A stretch of 64,000 nt of DNA from Sphyrna mokarran (GCA_024679065.1 JAGIQG010000008.1:72416001-72480000), one strand, 5' to 3'; counted from the stretch's first letter, positions 12,530 to 25,400 are shown. The notes: a model not told the origin generated them from the sequence alone. Translations and numbers: made by a program.

Positions 12530-13280
12530 ATTCTCTCCCAAAATGGCTCAGCTTGCTTCTTTAAATTTGATGATATCACAGGGACAAACTTACATTTGAC
12601 CTAGACTCCATAGAAATGTGGGACAAAGCCAGGTTTATTCCTCAACTTGGGGCAAGATTCAGCACACTCTTTCATGGTCTGTAGGCGAATGTGGGCAGGA
12701 AACAGTCTCAAGATATGAAAGCCATAATGACCATTGCAGTATCACAATGCATGGGTGCACAAGGGAATTTATAAACAAGTACCAGTAAAGAGATGACTAT
12801 AGGAAAATAAATCATTGAATGGTGTATTAAGATAAGATTATCAAATGCTAAAAAGAACTGCTGAAGTGATTTACCCACTCTTACTGAAAAAGAGAGCTTG
12901 AAGCCACCTGAACATTGGCTGCAGTCAGGTCTGCAGAGGATGTAGAATGATCTCTGTACTAACCCAGAGGTCACATAGTATGGAATTCAGTCAGTCTGCA
13001 CTGGCAACCACATGCGACAGTGTAATTGCTGATTTTGTGCAGCTCCTACTGCCACCAGGAGAAAATATGAATGGCCAAAATGCCTAGCCCTTTCAAAGAG
13101 CTGTCATGGACACAACAGACCAAATGGTCATCTTTGGTGTGTAAGATCCTCAAGGCAAGAGATCAGATTTAAGGACATTCTTTTGATGAGGATAGGGAGG
13201 AGTGGGAAATTAACTTCAGGATTTGCAGGTAATTTGCCCAGATGTCCCACTCTTCCCAGTTGTTAGAAATGTAACTGTAC

Positions 13281-13447
13281 CTTATTTAGCACGTCTTTCT
13301 GCGACCCTAAGTACAAATGTGGGAGGATTCGAGTAGGACCGATGTTGGCGACAGGTAGGCACGGCTGCGAGATGCTCATTGGCAGGATAGCGGTGGGCTT
13401 GCCCTCACACAGGCCTGGGAAGCAGGATGAAAATGCAGCAAATCCCC
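13281..13447 (-). CDS. DUSP8: DUSP8 exon: end of rhodanese domain, linker and start of catalytic domain (167 bp)
   Basis: TTTGCAG|GG...AATAAG|GTACAG. Translates GGFAAFSSCFPGLCEGKPTAILPMSISQPCLPVANIGPTRILPHLYLGSQKDVLNK. Begins in phase 1. Confidence 0.96.
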
Positions 13448-14864
13448 CTGCAAAAAACAAAAGGAGGAAAACAAGCATGATTGCATTGTTACGTCAGCAA
13501 ACTTGACTTTTGTCTGCTTCACAATAATCCTCAACAGCACAAGTCTAAAAATTCACCCACATTTTGACTCGAACCAGGCCCAACAAGTGAAAAGCTGCAA
13601 AAAGACTTTCCTTCAAATCACAGTTTTTGTGACAGGAATTCTAAGCTTTAGGAGCCCTGCTAATTCACATCAAACCTTATTCTGTGAGCTATCATTTTAT
13701 AGATTGCAAAATTTTACATGAATACTATCCTACTTCAACAACTCAAACCAATGTTGGAAAAATGTTGAGATATATTTGCATAACCACATTGAAAGCTTAT
13801 GGCATGCAGCAGGAGGCAAAGGATGGGGTTTTGTCCTCTCAGTCATGCCTTTCAAGCCCTGTATCATCTCCCCAAAGTAAAGAATCAAAGTTCAGTGAGC
13901 TGCAATTTGGTGACTGCATGCAAATGCAGCTTTCAATGCCCCCAGAAAAAGCTTCCTACCTGTTTCTACTTCCAGAAAGAGAAAGCACTGCATTGTAACC
14001 GAGCAGAAAATACAGGAAGAAGGCACACAGTTTGTGCGTGAGGGAGAGTGAGAGAGACAGCCTCTCTCAGGTGCGCAGAGCCGAATGACGTTATGCAAAA
14101 CCTGGCAGCTGAACCCACATGACCACAGCTTCACTCAAGAATGATTCAATCTTTCCTGCTACACTGCGTAAATTTACACAACTCTTAATGACTGATGAGA
14201 ACTGCTCTGCACAAACCGCAGAACTTGCAACCACCATCCCCCACAACAGAAACACTTTCATTGTGTTGATAACCAGCACTTGAGAACTGCTTCTGTTGTA
14301 GTCAAATGAGCTGATGAAATTGAAACGACCAAAACCGATGTACTGAAGTGGAACTTGGTCATGTTACAATTTTCAGTAATCTCCAAAGTCAAAAGATCAC
14401 TGAAACATTAGTACAGCTCTGTGAGAAAGTAACAACTTGCAAAGGAAGTCTGCAACTGAGGTTAACACCAGCATTTGTTTTTCTGTCGGAATCACCTTTA
14501 GACGTCTGAAACACAAACCATTTTTTTTCAGAATAGGAGACTGCTGCTTGCCTAAGATTCAAACTGCCCTCAATTGGACCTGTTTTATGGCCTAATTCAA
14601 ATGAAAAGCTGATTTCGTACAAAAATGAAAAACAGCACCTTGTATCACACTCAATAAACACAGTATAAAATGTTTTTTCCCCCAGAGTTTAAAGATCAAA
14701 GCTGTATCACAGAGTAATCTCTGATAACAGCCATGAATTAAAGGTGCATAATCCATTATATCACACTTTGATTACAAGCATGTCTGATAGCTTTCTGTTC
14801 CTGATCTAAATTGTATGTTCTGTTAGCCAGCAAAGGAGTAGAAAGACTGGTAAACTAGGTCTCA

Positions 14865-15044
14865 TGGTGTGGAGATGTCGGTGTTGGACTGGGGTAAACA
14901 CAGTAAGAAATATCATAGCATCAGGTTAAGGTCCAACAGGTTTATTTGGTAGCAGGCGCCACTAGCTTTCAGCTAAGCCCCGAAAGCTAGTGACATGTGC
15001 TACTAAATAGATCTGTTGGACTATAACGTGGTGTATGAGACTTC
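14865..15044. mobile_element. Penelope-derived inverted (foldback) element with a 13-bp target-site duplication
   Basis: Arms meet at CACTAGCTTTC-agctaagcccc-GAAAGCTAGTG. Flanked by AAACTAGGTCTCA (14852-14864) and AAACTAGATCTCA (15045-15057). Confidence 0.75.
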
Positions 15045-15099
15045 AAACTAGATCTCAACCAGGGACTCATAACATAGTGGACCTGGCAACATCATGTCA

Positions 15100-15500
15100 T
15101 GAGCTCTGGTTCAGTGAGAGCATTCTCGACTGGAAGGCTTAACTGATTATGGATTCGAGCTCCACTGTGGAGACCAAACCACATATTCTAGAGCGACACT
15201 TCAACGCAGCACGAAGGGAATGGGGCACTGCCAGAGCTGCTGGATATACATTAGGCTGAGACCTGGGTTGCCCTCTCAAATGGATGTAAAAGATCTCATG
15301 GCACTATTTTGAAGATGAGGTGTCCTGGCCGATATTTATCCCTCGGTCACAAAAAGCAGTCGCTCTGGTCATCATTCCGGTATTGGCTGTGACAGCTACT
15401 GTTCTGCACATTTTTGACATTACAATATTGATTTCACTTCAAAAGTACAAGATTAGCTGGAAAGCTCGAAGGGTGAGAAAATTACTTTATAAATGCAAGC
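15100..15500 (+). mobile_element. Ancient Deu-domain SINE (SacSINE1/AmnSINE-like); further copies at about 16380-16720(-), 18195-18360(-), 28840-29460(-), 38900-39690(-), 40810-41062(+), 41725-42450(-), 43545-43850(+), 62620-62830(+)
   Basis: GGATGTAAAAGATCTCATGGCACTATTTTGAAG...GTGTCCTGGCC.ATATTTATCCCTC...CACTTCAAAAGTAC...TATAAATGCAAG recurs in degenerate form. Confidence 0.7.
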
Positions 15501-15504
15501 TAGA

Positions 15505-15710
15505 ATCATAGAATCCCCTGCAGTGCAGGAGAAAGCCATTCAGCCCATCGAGTCTGCACCAATGCTCCAACAGTGCGTCATATCCAGACCCACTCACCCT
15601 GCCCTATCCCTATAACGCCAAATATTTGCCCCACTAATCCCCTTAACTGGACATTGTGGGACACTAAGGGTCAATTCAGCCTGGTCAATCCACCTAACTG
15701 CACATCTTTT
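15505..15710 (-). mobile_element. HE1-type SINE, 3' half
   Basis: Plus strand catagaatccc..cagtgcag..gccattcagcccatcgagtctgcacc...gacactaaggg.caatt. Confidence 0.8.
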
Positions 15711-16523
15711 AAACTAGGTTCATTTATTCTCTTCTCTTTGTGTGCACTGAGATGTTAGAAAAACCATTCAACCAGGCAAGAAACGTTGAAAGGTACCAAC
15801 CAATAAACAGGATGTCATGAGCATTTGTGAAAGTCATGCAAGGTGGGGAAGCATTCTGGCAGGAAACCATCATTAACTCTCTCCTTTATCACATTCACCT
15901 TCAGAAGATAAACAACTCCATTGCTATGAGATCACCTGCAATAAATTGTACTTAACAGTGAATTAAATTGGCTCCAGGAAAACAGACTGTGTTACAACAG
16001 GCCATAAAGATAAAAGTAAAGCAGGGCAGCGTACATTGAAGCTCTCGCATAGAAATGGAAATTGCTGGAAACATCTGGTCAGCACCTGAAATGCATTGAC
16101 AGGTGGGACACTTCCGCTGAACAGCTCAGGTATTGGTCATAACCGAAATGTGCCTCTCAGCTGCTCAGTAGACACTGCTGTATTGTGTGAGACCTGCACA
16201 ATGTGCAGCCTGGGTCCTGAAGAGCAGGTGTTACACAGCCACCTGCAAGCCAAAGGTAAACATTTCAACGGCCAGGAAAGCCTTCTTGTCTACTAGTCTT
16301 GGTGAGCCCCATTCCTTCATCCCTATTGGTTGGCTGCACTAACCATAATGCAATAATGCAATATGAAAGGGAAACAAAAGAGAACTTGCATTTCTGTAGC
16401 ACCCGTTAGGCACTTGCTAAATGCTTGGGATATAAATGAAGTTCTTTTCAGCAATCACTACTATAATGTAGGAAAATAGAACATGCAATTTCTATTATGC
16501 CCTACAAACAATGGCCAGATAAT

Positions 16524-16633
16524 GGGCGGGATTTTCCAATCCCATTTGTCTTGCCACCGCTGCCAGCCAGAACAGAGAATTTGGCTCTCAGCGAAAATTC
16601 CATTCACTGCGGTGGCTCTGGAGAATCCCAGCC
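16524..16633. mobile_element. Short MITE inserted in a Deu-SINE
   Basis: Imperfect terminal inverted repeats GGGCGGGATTTTCCA ... TGGAGAATCCCAGCC. Confidence 0.55.
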
Positions 16634-16725
16634 ATGGATGAAGTCAGAGGTTTCCAGTCAATATGTTTTAGCAGTGCTGACCGAGGGCAGAATGTGGGGT
16701 TGAAATACTGAGAAAGTCTATTATA

Positions 16726-17400
16726 ATAGGACACAAGAAATGGGAGCAAGAGTAGACCACACAGCCCATTGAGACTACTCTGCCACTAAATATGATCAAC
16801 TCCATTTTTCTGCCCGCTCACCATATCCCTTAATTCCCCGACAGACCATAAATCTGATTGTCCAAGTCTTAAAAAATATTCAGTGATAAAGTATCTGTAG
16901 TTCTATCGGGTGGAGAATTCCAAAGATTCACAACCCTCTCAGTGAAGTAATTCCTCCACATCTCAGTCCGAAATGATTGGCCCCTTATCCTATGATTGTG
17001 TCCTGTGTTTTAGATTCCCCAACCAGCAGAAAACAATCTCTCACTATCCATTCTATGAAGCCCTTTCAGAATTTTATAGGTTTTAATGAGGTCATCTCTC
17101 ATTCAGCTACACTCCAGATAATTTACTCAGCCTCAACCTGAGGCTAATTTAGTGAACCTCCACTGTACTGTCTCCAATGCAAGAATATTGCTTTTAAATA
17201 TGGAAACCAAAGCTATACACAGTACTCCAGATGCGGTCTCTGTGCCTCCCCATAGCTTACATTTCGATCTAGTTTGGTATCATCAGCAAACTTGGATACA
17301 TTACTCTCTGTTTCTTCATCTAAGTCATATATATAGATTGTAAATAGGTGAGACTCCAAATCTGACCCTTGCGACACCCCACTCGTTATTGCCTGCCTAT
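16726..17400 (-). mobile_element. CR1-clade LINE fragment, internally deleted
   Basis: Minus-strand translation ITSGVSQGSDLESHLFTIYIYDLDEETESNVSKFADDTKL (RT motifs) runs almost directly into RPHLEYCV and then a CR1 3' tail. Confidence 0.9.
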
Positions 17401-18379
17401 GACCAAACTCTATTCTCAATCCTAGTTCATCTCTATGCCTTCTAGATATTACGCTTGCCTCTACATTGTTAAGAAGATTTGAGGCATTCCTACTATTTTC
17501 TTTATCTTTTTTCCTTTCTGAGAATTTCATTTTTGATTCCTCCCTACCCTCCTGCATTTCCTTTAGCTCTCCCTGTCTCTCTTGCACTCTTTTGGAGTTT
17601 TTGCTTTTTGTGCAGGTACGTGGGGCCTTAGCCTTCAGCTCCAGGTCCCATTGGTCATGCACATGAGCCCGACCAACATACAAAATCTGAAGCGTGCATG
17701 TGCAGCTCATTCCCAGCCCATGATTTATCAGGTCTTGAAGGTGACAATCACATACATGAAGACAAAGGTTAGTTTAGTTTAATTATGTGAACATGTTTGT
17801 GGCACACTTGGTGGGGGGGAGGGGGAGATCTTCACAGCACACCAGTGTGCTGCAGCTAATATATTACCATCAATTCCATGAGTCTTTATCTTACTTATTA
17901 ACCTTTTGTGCAGCATCCTTTAGAATGCCTTTTCAAAATCCAAGTATACAACATCAACTGGGTGGCAGATTATCTTTCAGTTTAACATTTAAATGCAAAT
18001 ATCTAACAGTGGAACTCCTTACTCACAATGCACTGAATCATGTGCCCGCAGTTCTGATGTGCAGCTATAAACTCACAGCCTTCTGACCCAAGAGGCAAGA
18101 ATGTCACCATTAATCGACTCCATGATCGGCAGTATTTTCTACTTGTTCCTTTATTGTAACATCTAACAGTCAGAGTTGATGCAGAATAAAAAAAGACTTC
18201 CATTTGTATAGCACCTTTCGTCACTGCACATCTCAAGACACTTTACAGCCAGTGAAGTATTTTCGAAGTCTAAGTCACTGTTGTACAGTAAGAAACATGG
18301 CTGCAATTTGGACACAGAAAGCACCCACAAACAACAATGTGATAGTGATTAGAAAATGTTTTCTTTGAAGAGGTGGAGA

Positions 18380-18700
18380 GATATTTAGGAACTGTCTTAA
18401 AAGAGGACATGTGGAGTGCGGCATAGGAAAGTGTACCAGAGCTCAATATCTAGGCTGTTGAATACTTGGCTGCCAAAGGACAGAAGCAAGACAGTTGGGG
18501 GAAGGGTCATCGAGAAGGCCAAAGACGGAGGAACGCAGAGTTATTGGAGGGTTTTGGGGCTGGACACAGAAATGGGAGAGGCCACAGAGGAACTAGAATG
18601 AAAATTTTAAAATCCAGATATTGGTGGACTGGGAAGCAAGAAAGCGCAAATAGCATCGAGGTGTTAGGCGAACAGGACCTGAGGCAGTTAGAATACAGGT
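18380..18700 (-). mobile_element. Degenerate L2-like LINE fragment
   Basis: Recognised by resemblance to fish L2 3' regions; heavily decayed with no intact ORF. Confidence 0.4.
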
Positions 18701-19979
18701 AGAGATCGCTTCTTGGCCTTTGACTGAGATCAAGCATCAGATCAAGACCGTGATCAGGTACAATGCCTTTTCTTGTCAGCTTGAATCTTGTATGTCTCTC
18801 TTGTGGGGACCATGAATTGAATTGAATTTGAATTGGTTTTTGGATCAAGCAAGGAGATGGATTAAAGGCTTGCCTGGTCCCTTCTGTGCATTGTCTTTGT
18901 AACATAAAGAAAGATACAAGTAGAGTTCTGGGTAAGCTTGAGCCCCGTAGAATTCAAATTTGTTATCTCAGTCCAAAATTGACCATCACTTTTTGTAGAA
19001 AACAGAAAAAAAAACACAAGAAGAAAATAGCTGGTTTCCTTCTTAAGAAACCATAATAAAAACCAGAATCCTTTTAGCACCCTGTAGATTTAATAAAAGC
19101 TTGCCAGTCAGTCATTTATTATCCCCCCATAGTCTGTCAGTTTGCCATATGATTATTACCCAGTGCTGGCACACTATGCAAGCTTATAATACGCCCTTAT
19201 AGGCCTTATGAGAGATGATGCGGAAAATTACTCTGATCTTAACAGCTGTCGCCTCAGCAGTTTCCCCTTACCCACTCTGAAAAAAGATCCTTTACATCAT
19301 GACAGAGGCTAATTATTAAGGCCAGCCCTCCTGAGTGCAGTGGCTGTCTAGCTCTTTGCTAGAAGCCTTGTGTTATCTATGTGAAAAAAGAACAACAAGC
19401 CTTCCCTTCACCTCTTTCTGCTACAGTTGATTCACATTGAAGACATCACAGGCTGTCTGAACAAAAGGCAGTTCAGAAACCCAGGTGCATGCAAGATATA
19501 AAAGTTATCAGAGAACGGAAACCGTTTATTTGCAAATCAAATTGGCTCAAAAGTCATCATGAAGTCTGAGTTGAGAAAAGAGCAGCATTGGTGGAAAAAA
19601 ACAAGACAAGGACACTATCATTCTTGAAAACACCCTCCACATAATGAGCTTCACTAGAGTTTCCACCAATAATCTTGGGCTAGAGAAAAGTCAACTAAGG
19701 GGTTTTCGTCTCACTTGTCTCAATTCCTGCCCAAACTCCAGAGTGGAACAATGACCCACTCAATAAACTCCAACAGTATTGTCACATTCCCAAAAGCTTC
19801 AAATATCAGGGCACTGACAACATGACAGAGAGTGGATACTTACTGATCATGTGACTGATGGAATGGCACAGGGACATTGAATTATTCATTGTAAAGCATT
19901 GTCACTGCATGGGTGAGTAGAGGATGGGGGATGAGGAGAATATGTATGAAGACTTGGGTTGATAACTAGTATGTAATAT

Positions 19980-20590
19980 CCAAGTGACTGACAATGAACA
20001 TCTCCAACCAGACAAAACATAACGATCTTCCCTTAACAGTCAATTGCATTACTATCACTGAATCCCCTCACTCAACATCCCTGTGGGAACAGGAGAGGGA
20101 AAGGGGGGATTAACTTGAAACTAAATTCTGGGACAACTACATAAATTCATTGGCTCCCAGAGAAGATTTAACATTAAATATTCTGCAATACATGTTTTAC
20201 TTCCTAAAGTCTGTTTACCACCTGCAAATTAGGAGTACAATAGGATATTTGCCTGGATGAGTACAGCTCCAACTCAAAAAAACTCAATACTATCCAAGAC
20301 AAAGCAAAGCTTCTTTGACAGCCCTTTCCAAACTCCTAGCCTCTATCAACCAGAAGAATAAAAGCAGAAGGCACAGAGGAACACTGTTACTTCCAAGTCT
20401 CCCTCCAAATCACACACCATCCTGACTGCAAATGTCTTGCTGTTTCTTCATCAGCTCTGGTCAAATTCCTTGCTTACAGCAATTGGGCAGCACCTTCAAA
20501 ACATGGGCTGCAGTATTTCAAGAGTCATCATCTTCACAAGTACAAGTAGAGATGTGCAATAAATTCTGGCCTTGCCAATGATACCCATTT
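19980..20590 (+). mobile_element. Old LINE 3' fragment (CR1/L2 group); short related piece at about 37950-38035
   Basis: CATCTCCAAC..CTGAATCCCC..CAACATCC..GCCTGGATGAGTACAGCTCCAAC; tail GCAATAAATTCTGGCCTTGCCAATGATACCCA. Confidence 0.65.
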
Positions 20591-23500
20591 CCTGAGCTTT
20601 TCTTTTTAACACTGGCCCTATTTTCAATTTCACTTTCTTGGTTTCTACAACACTCAACGAGCTCAGTGCAGTCCACACATGACAATAAAATCTTTCCTAA
20701 ATAAGCAGTGAACTGAGCAGAAGCAATGTTGGATTTGCAAAATCAAATTCAAATTTCAATCCAATGGTTTGTAAGTGTCAGAATATTCAAATCTCAGGAG
20801 TTTTGTAAGATTAGGGATTCACGGTCATTCAAGCAAAGAGGAGGTGAGTGGACATTAACAGAAACATAACACATTCGAACTGTACAGTGTGCTGCATTAA
20901 CAGAAACATTACACATCCTAAATCCACACCCAGTGTAATGTTTCACCTCTCCTCCCCTCCCCACACAGCTCCAATCTGCTCTTTTGGTTGCATTACATCA
21001 CCTCCTTGATTTGACAATTACATCACATCACGAATGAAGCAAAGCACAGGTGCAGGTCAATGCCCTTGCTCGAAAGCCGGCAATAAATCATTTGGCTGGT
21101 GGGTCAGGGTACATTCTGGGGCTGAAAATCATCTCGACTCCTTAATTGGAAAGTTCTGCTGCTCCCACATAATGCACGGATGACTGAATTGGCCAGACGG
21201 CAGCCTATTAAATTATATTCTGGTGTTTAGTTAACCTGGAGGTGGTAACCTGATAGGTTACAAATTAAAGGAGTTCATTGGCTTTTTTTACTTTTGGCAG
21301 AATGGCCACTGTTTTCAGCAGGTGTCCTTCATCTGGGGACTTGTATGGAGTGCTACGCAAGCATAAATAGTCAGCAGCAAGTTGTACACATTAAATGTTC
21401 ATTTAATCAATTCTGAATTTAAAGGGCTTTGGGCAGATATGAATGCCGAAACAGGATCAGCTCTGCCAGCCATATTGAAAGCTCAATCATGTAAAGCAAG
21501 GAAGGACGAACTTGCTCACAAACACCACAACACTACAGTTGCACACCAGCCTCAGTCTGACCTTCTCATCAGTATCAGAATTCACACCATAATCAAATCA
21601 GAGCTCACAGTTTTAAGACATGGTTAACATGTTGTTTGTCACTAACTAGATTTATTTTAAAGTGCTAATTCCTTGCTGGAGGAAATGATTCCAAACATTT
21701 CATATTTTAAGGGAACATTTTGTAGGATGGGTATTGAGACTGATTGTTGGCAAGATATTCCATTACGGGGAACATCATAATCAATGCCAACAGAGTGATG
21801 CCCATGCAAAATATGGCTAGTGATTACTGTGACAATGCTTCAAAACACACCACATTGGCTATGAAGTGCGTTAGGCTGTGATTATGAAAGTGTTATATAA
21901 ATTAATGTTTATATAATCCTTAATATAGAATATTATTATATTCTCAAAGGAAGTATGTCAAACCTGGAAAAGTCCCCCACTCCTACCCCTGCTTAATTTA
22001 GGAGCGCTGAGGCCAATTGTCACACTCCCTACATCTCATTCAGATTAGCTAATCCTGCATGTGATACAGAAGTTTTTGGAATAACATAACCACAGAAATA
22101 TTATCTGACCTTGATGCATATCCACCAGCACCTGAATACTGATATCTGACATTTTGGCTAGTTCAACTACTCAAATGAAGGATGAATCTAAGTTCGGGTA
22201 CGAGCTTAACTTGTAAAAAAAACTAAGTTGCAATAAAAATAGAAACCTTGCCATTTGAACTTTTTTTTATATAAACATTATACATTGAGTCTGCCAATAT
22301 ATATCTGCCAAAGTATGGACATGCAAAATTCTTTAAATACATGGAGTATGGCTTTTCTCCCCAGTTCATTTTTACAAACAAATGTTTACAACAATGCATT
22401 CAACTAATGTGATCTGCAGGTTAGAAGGTTTTATTCTTGGCTTACAAATGATCCTGGAAAATGGGACATTGCAAAATGAATCTCAGTACTTGACAAGCAG
22501 CAAACTGTCTTTCTAGTTTCTGTACCTCGTGAGCGTAAACTTTATACAAGTGAACACAAAGTGGGCAGCACGCACATTAAGACCCTCAATAAATGCGCAT
22601 TCATCAGACTATCCTCAAAATGAATGCAATCCAATCACAAAGTTAAAAACCTAACATTTAAAATAATTGATTGAAGGACAGTAGGATGATGAGAACTGTT
22701 TTTGTGCAGTTTTATTAGGACCTGCAATGCAGTGCCTGAAAGCAGATTCAAGAATAACTTTCAAAATGAATTGGATTAATACTGGAAAAGGCAGCATTTG
22801 CAGAGCTCAGGGGAAGAAAAAGCAGAAGTGGGACAAGTTAGTAGCTCTTTCAGTCAGCACCACTCTGATGGGCGAGTGCCCTCCTACTGTGCAGAATGAA
22901 ACCATGATTCTATGAATTTTATAATATCCAGAAGAAATGGCATTCATTTCACCGTGGAGTGCTTTTGGAATAGCTGTGCGGACTGGCTATTTAAAACTCA
23001 CCACCACTCCAAAAGTGAGCAGTGTTATGAGACGTTCCAAAGGTTTGATGAGTTGCTAACCTAAATCGAGTATCACTTTGTGTTAAATAATACAAAACCT
23101 GCCTCAGAAGCCTGCATGCTGCTGTTGGGGGAGGGGTGGGGGGACCTCAACAATAGCACTTGGTTTTAGCTGGTTCAAAGCCTCCTGGTTGCTGTGAGCC
23201 AGATGGATGACATCATGCTGCAGTAGGCCCCATCTATGTCTGTCACTCTCAGGAGAACAGTGTGCTTCTTTACCTCTCTCAATCGCTCACTCGACAGCTC
23301 AACCACTTGTTATGTTCCATCAGACAAAGCTCCCCAGTTGTAGATCTTCCAAACCCTGCCCTCCACCCCTTAACATCCCAACACTTGTCCAGATCTTTGA
23401 CATCAGTCCAGGAGATGCGTTGCCATGGAACTGTTCCAATAAATCATTTCATCTGGAGCGGGTTTTGGCTCGATTAGATAGCCCAGGCTTTGGGATGCTA

Positions 23501-23879
23501 ATATCATTCCTGAGACATGACATCAGTGGATCTGTGGTGTACCAAAATATGCCCTAGACAGAGGCAGATGCAAGTACCAGAAGACCTGTGCAAACCTACA
23601 CTACGTGTGGGGTATTTCAGGTTTACACATTCAGAAACAAAAAATTTGCCCTTTGTTCCCATCAGCAATAAAGTACAAAGAGGATGTGTGATTATTATTG
23701 CTTTAACACGGTATTAGTCATAGAGCACCGAGTGTCCTCTGCAGGGTGTGCACAGTCATTACATAATTCACAAAGCATTCTCTCTCAGCTGTCACACTGT
23801 ACATTATGGGCTGGATCACGTTAACTGATGAGCTGGATTCTTGGTTTAAACATTTCTTACTTCTTCATTAACCCTTCAC

Positions 23880-25400
23880 TCGCTGTCACCATCCAACTGG
23901 TCATTCCTACCTGCGGATTGCTGCGACCATAAATAAGAACGTCTTTAGAAAGTAAATACTTGAGAACAAGGGGTTCCGGGTCCTGTTGCCCTGTACTGTA
24001 AGGCAAGTTGGACAGGGCTAGCTCCATAAGCTAGCCCTCCCAGTACCATACTGCTGACCGCTGAAACCCGCACCTCAACCCTCTCTCTACTTCACACAAA
24101 AAAAAATCACCCGATTCCCATCGACGCTAGTTTCTACAACCGATATCACACACTGGTTCCAACAGCAGCGACTCGTGAAGCTAACATATGGTGCAAACAA
24201 ATATACACACGCTGCACTCCATAACCGGCTCTCGTTTCTGCACTGCAACTTCAGCTGAAAAGTTGGTCGGCTGTTTAGAGTGCACAAATACGCGCTTCAA
24301 ATACACACCTCGTATCTCCCTTCCCTCTTTTATCCGTCTCACTCTGATCTTCAATTTCATTTCCGTTTCGTACATCTTCAAAACCCAGCGATCAGCTTTA
24401 TAGTATCGAATTAATAAAGGCAAATCCAGTCCGCTGGAACGGAGACCGAAATCTAGTCCGTTATTGCAGGAGTCTCAGTGCCTGTGTGTGTGTATTTCTC
24501 TCTGTAGTGTGTATCTATCTCCTGTTTGATTCTATCTCTTCTGTATGTGCCTCCCTCCTATATGTGTGTGTCTCTCCCCTGTGTGTTTATATGTCTCTGT
24601 CCTGTGAGTGTGTGTCTCTCACTCCCCTGTGTGTTTATATATCTGTGTCCTGTGTGTGTGTCTCTCTCTCTCCTGTGTGTACTGTGCTGCCCTCCTCCTT
24701 TGTGAGTGTACAGACTGCCAGCTGTGCTGCAGCAGGCTACAATACAACACTGAGATCTGAGAGTCTTTCCAGTTCATGGGTGAGGCGTGTGGAGCTCCGC
24801 ATTCCTGACTCACCGCGTAAATATGCGGTTACCTTTCAGTCTCAAAGTGGCAGGCAATGTGTTTTCCAAAAGGAATCTCATTTTGCTTTTGCCTTTCTTT
24901 TCTTTGGGGAGGGGGCTGCTACACGCGGTCGGAAGGAAAAGGTGTAGTTTGTGAGAGACTCCAGTTAAGATTTCCTGTTGGGGTGTTCAGTGCCAATCCC
25001 CCTTCTTCTTTCAATTCAACTTTTCAGCATATTTGGCAGTCAGATAATCGCTCTTTTCCTTTCAGCAATTTGCAAAATTTTCCATTGCTAAATAATGAGT
25101 TTTTAATTTAAAAAAAAATCTTGTTTACTACAAGCTGCAGTGACTAACCTTTCGGGGAAACAGCGGGATGATCCGCAGCATAAGGCAGGCGGGCAGTGCA
25201 ACACATGCGGACTGCTGTTAAATGTGGGCCATTATGCATTGTGTCCCAGGAATGAATGGGACACACAGCAGAAGGACACTTGTTAAACACTTTAACGCTT
25301 CAAGTGGTGCGAGGCGGTGCCCCCCGCCCATACAAAAGAGGAGCAGTTTCACTTCAATGACCCTTAACCCTTTGTGCTGGTGTGGAGTTTATAGAGCAGG
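23880..25400. promoter_or_regulatory. Intronic CpG-enriched cluster, candidate alternative promoter or enhancer
   Basis: CpG density is visibly above the depleted background. AP-1 site TGACTCA at 24806-24812; minus-strand donors CAG|GTAGGA (23911/23910) and GCG|GTGAGT (24814/24813). Confidence 0.45.
24482..24690. repeat. Degenerate (GT)n/(CT)n low-complexity tract
   Basis: Mixed tgtgtg and tctctc runs with a loosely repeated ctcccctgtgtgtttatat unit. Confidence 0.85.

Noticed and set aside
7042-13447. Assignment of the gene as DUSP16
   Set aside because: Diagnostic residues (PMS linker, LGSQKD, NDNYCEKLL, KTMG.SSDDAY, DRRPS) match DUSP8.
24486-24947. 153-aa Cys/Val/Ser-rich ORF
   Set aside because: Translation of a GT/CT low-complexity tract.
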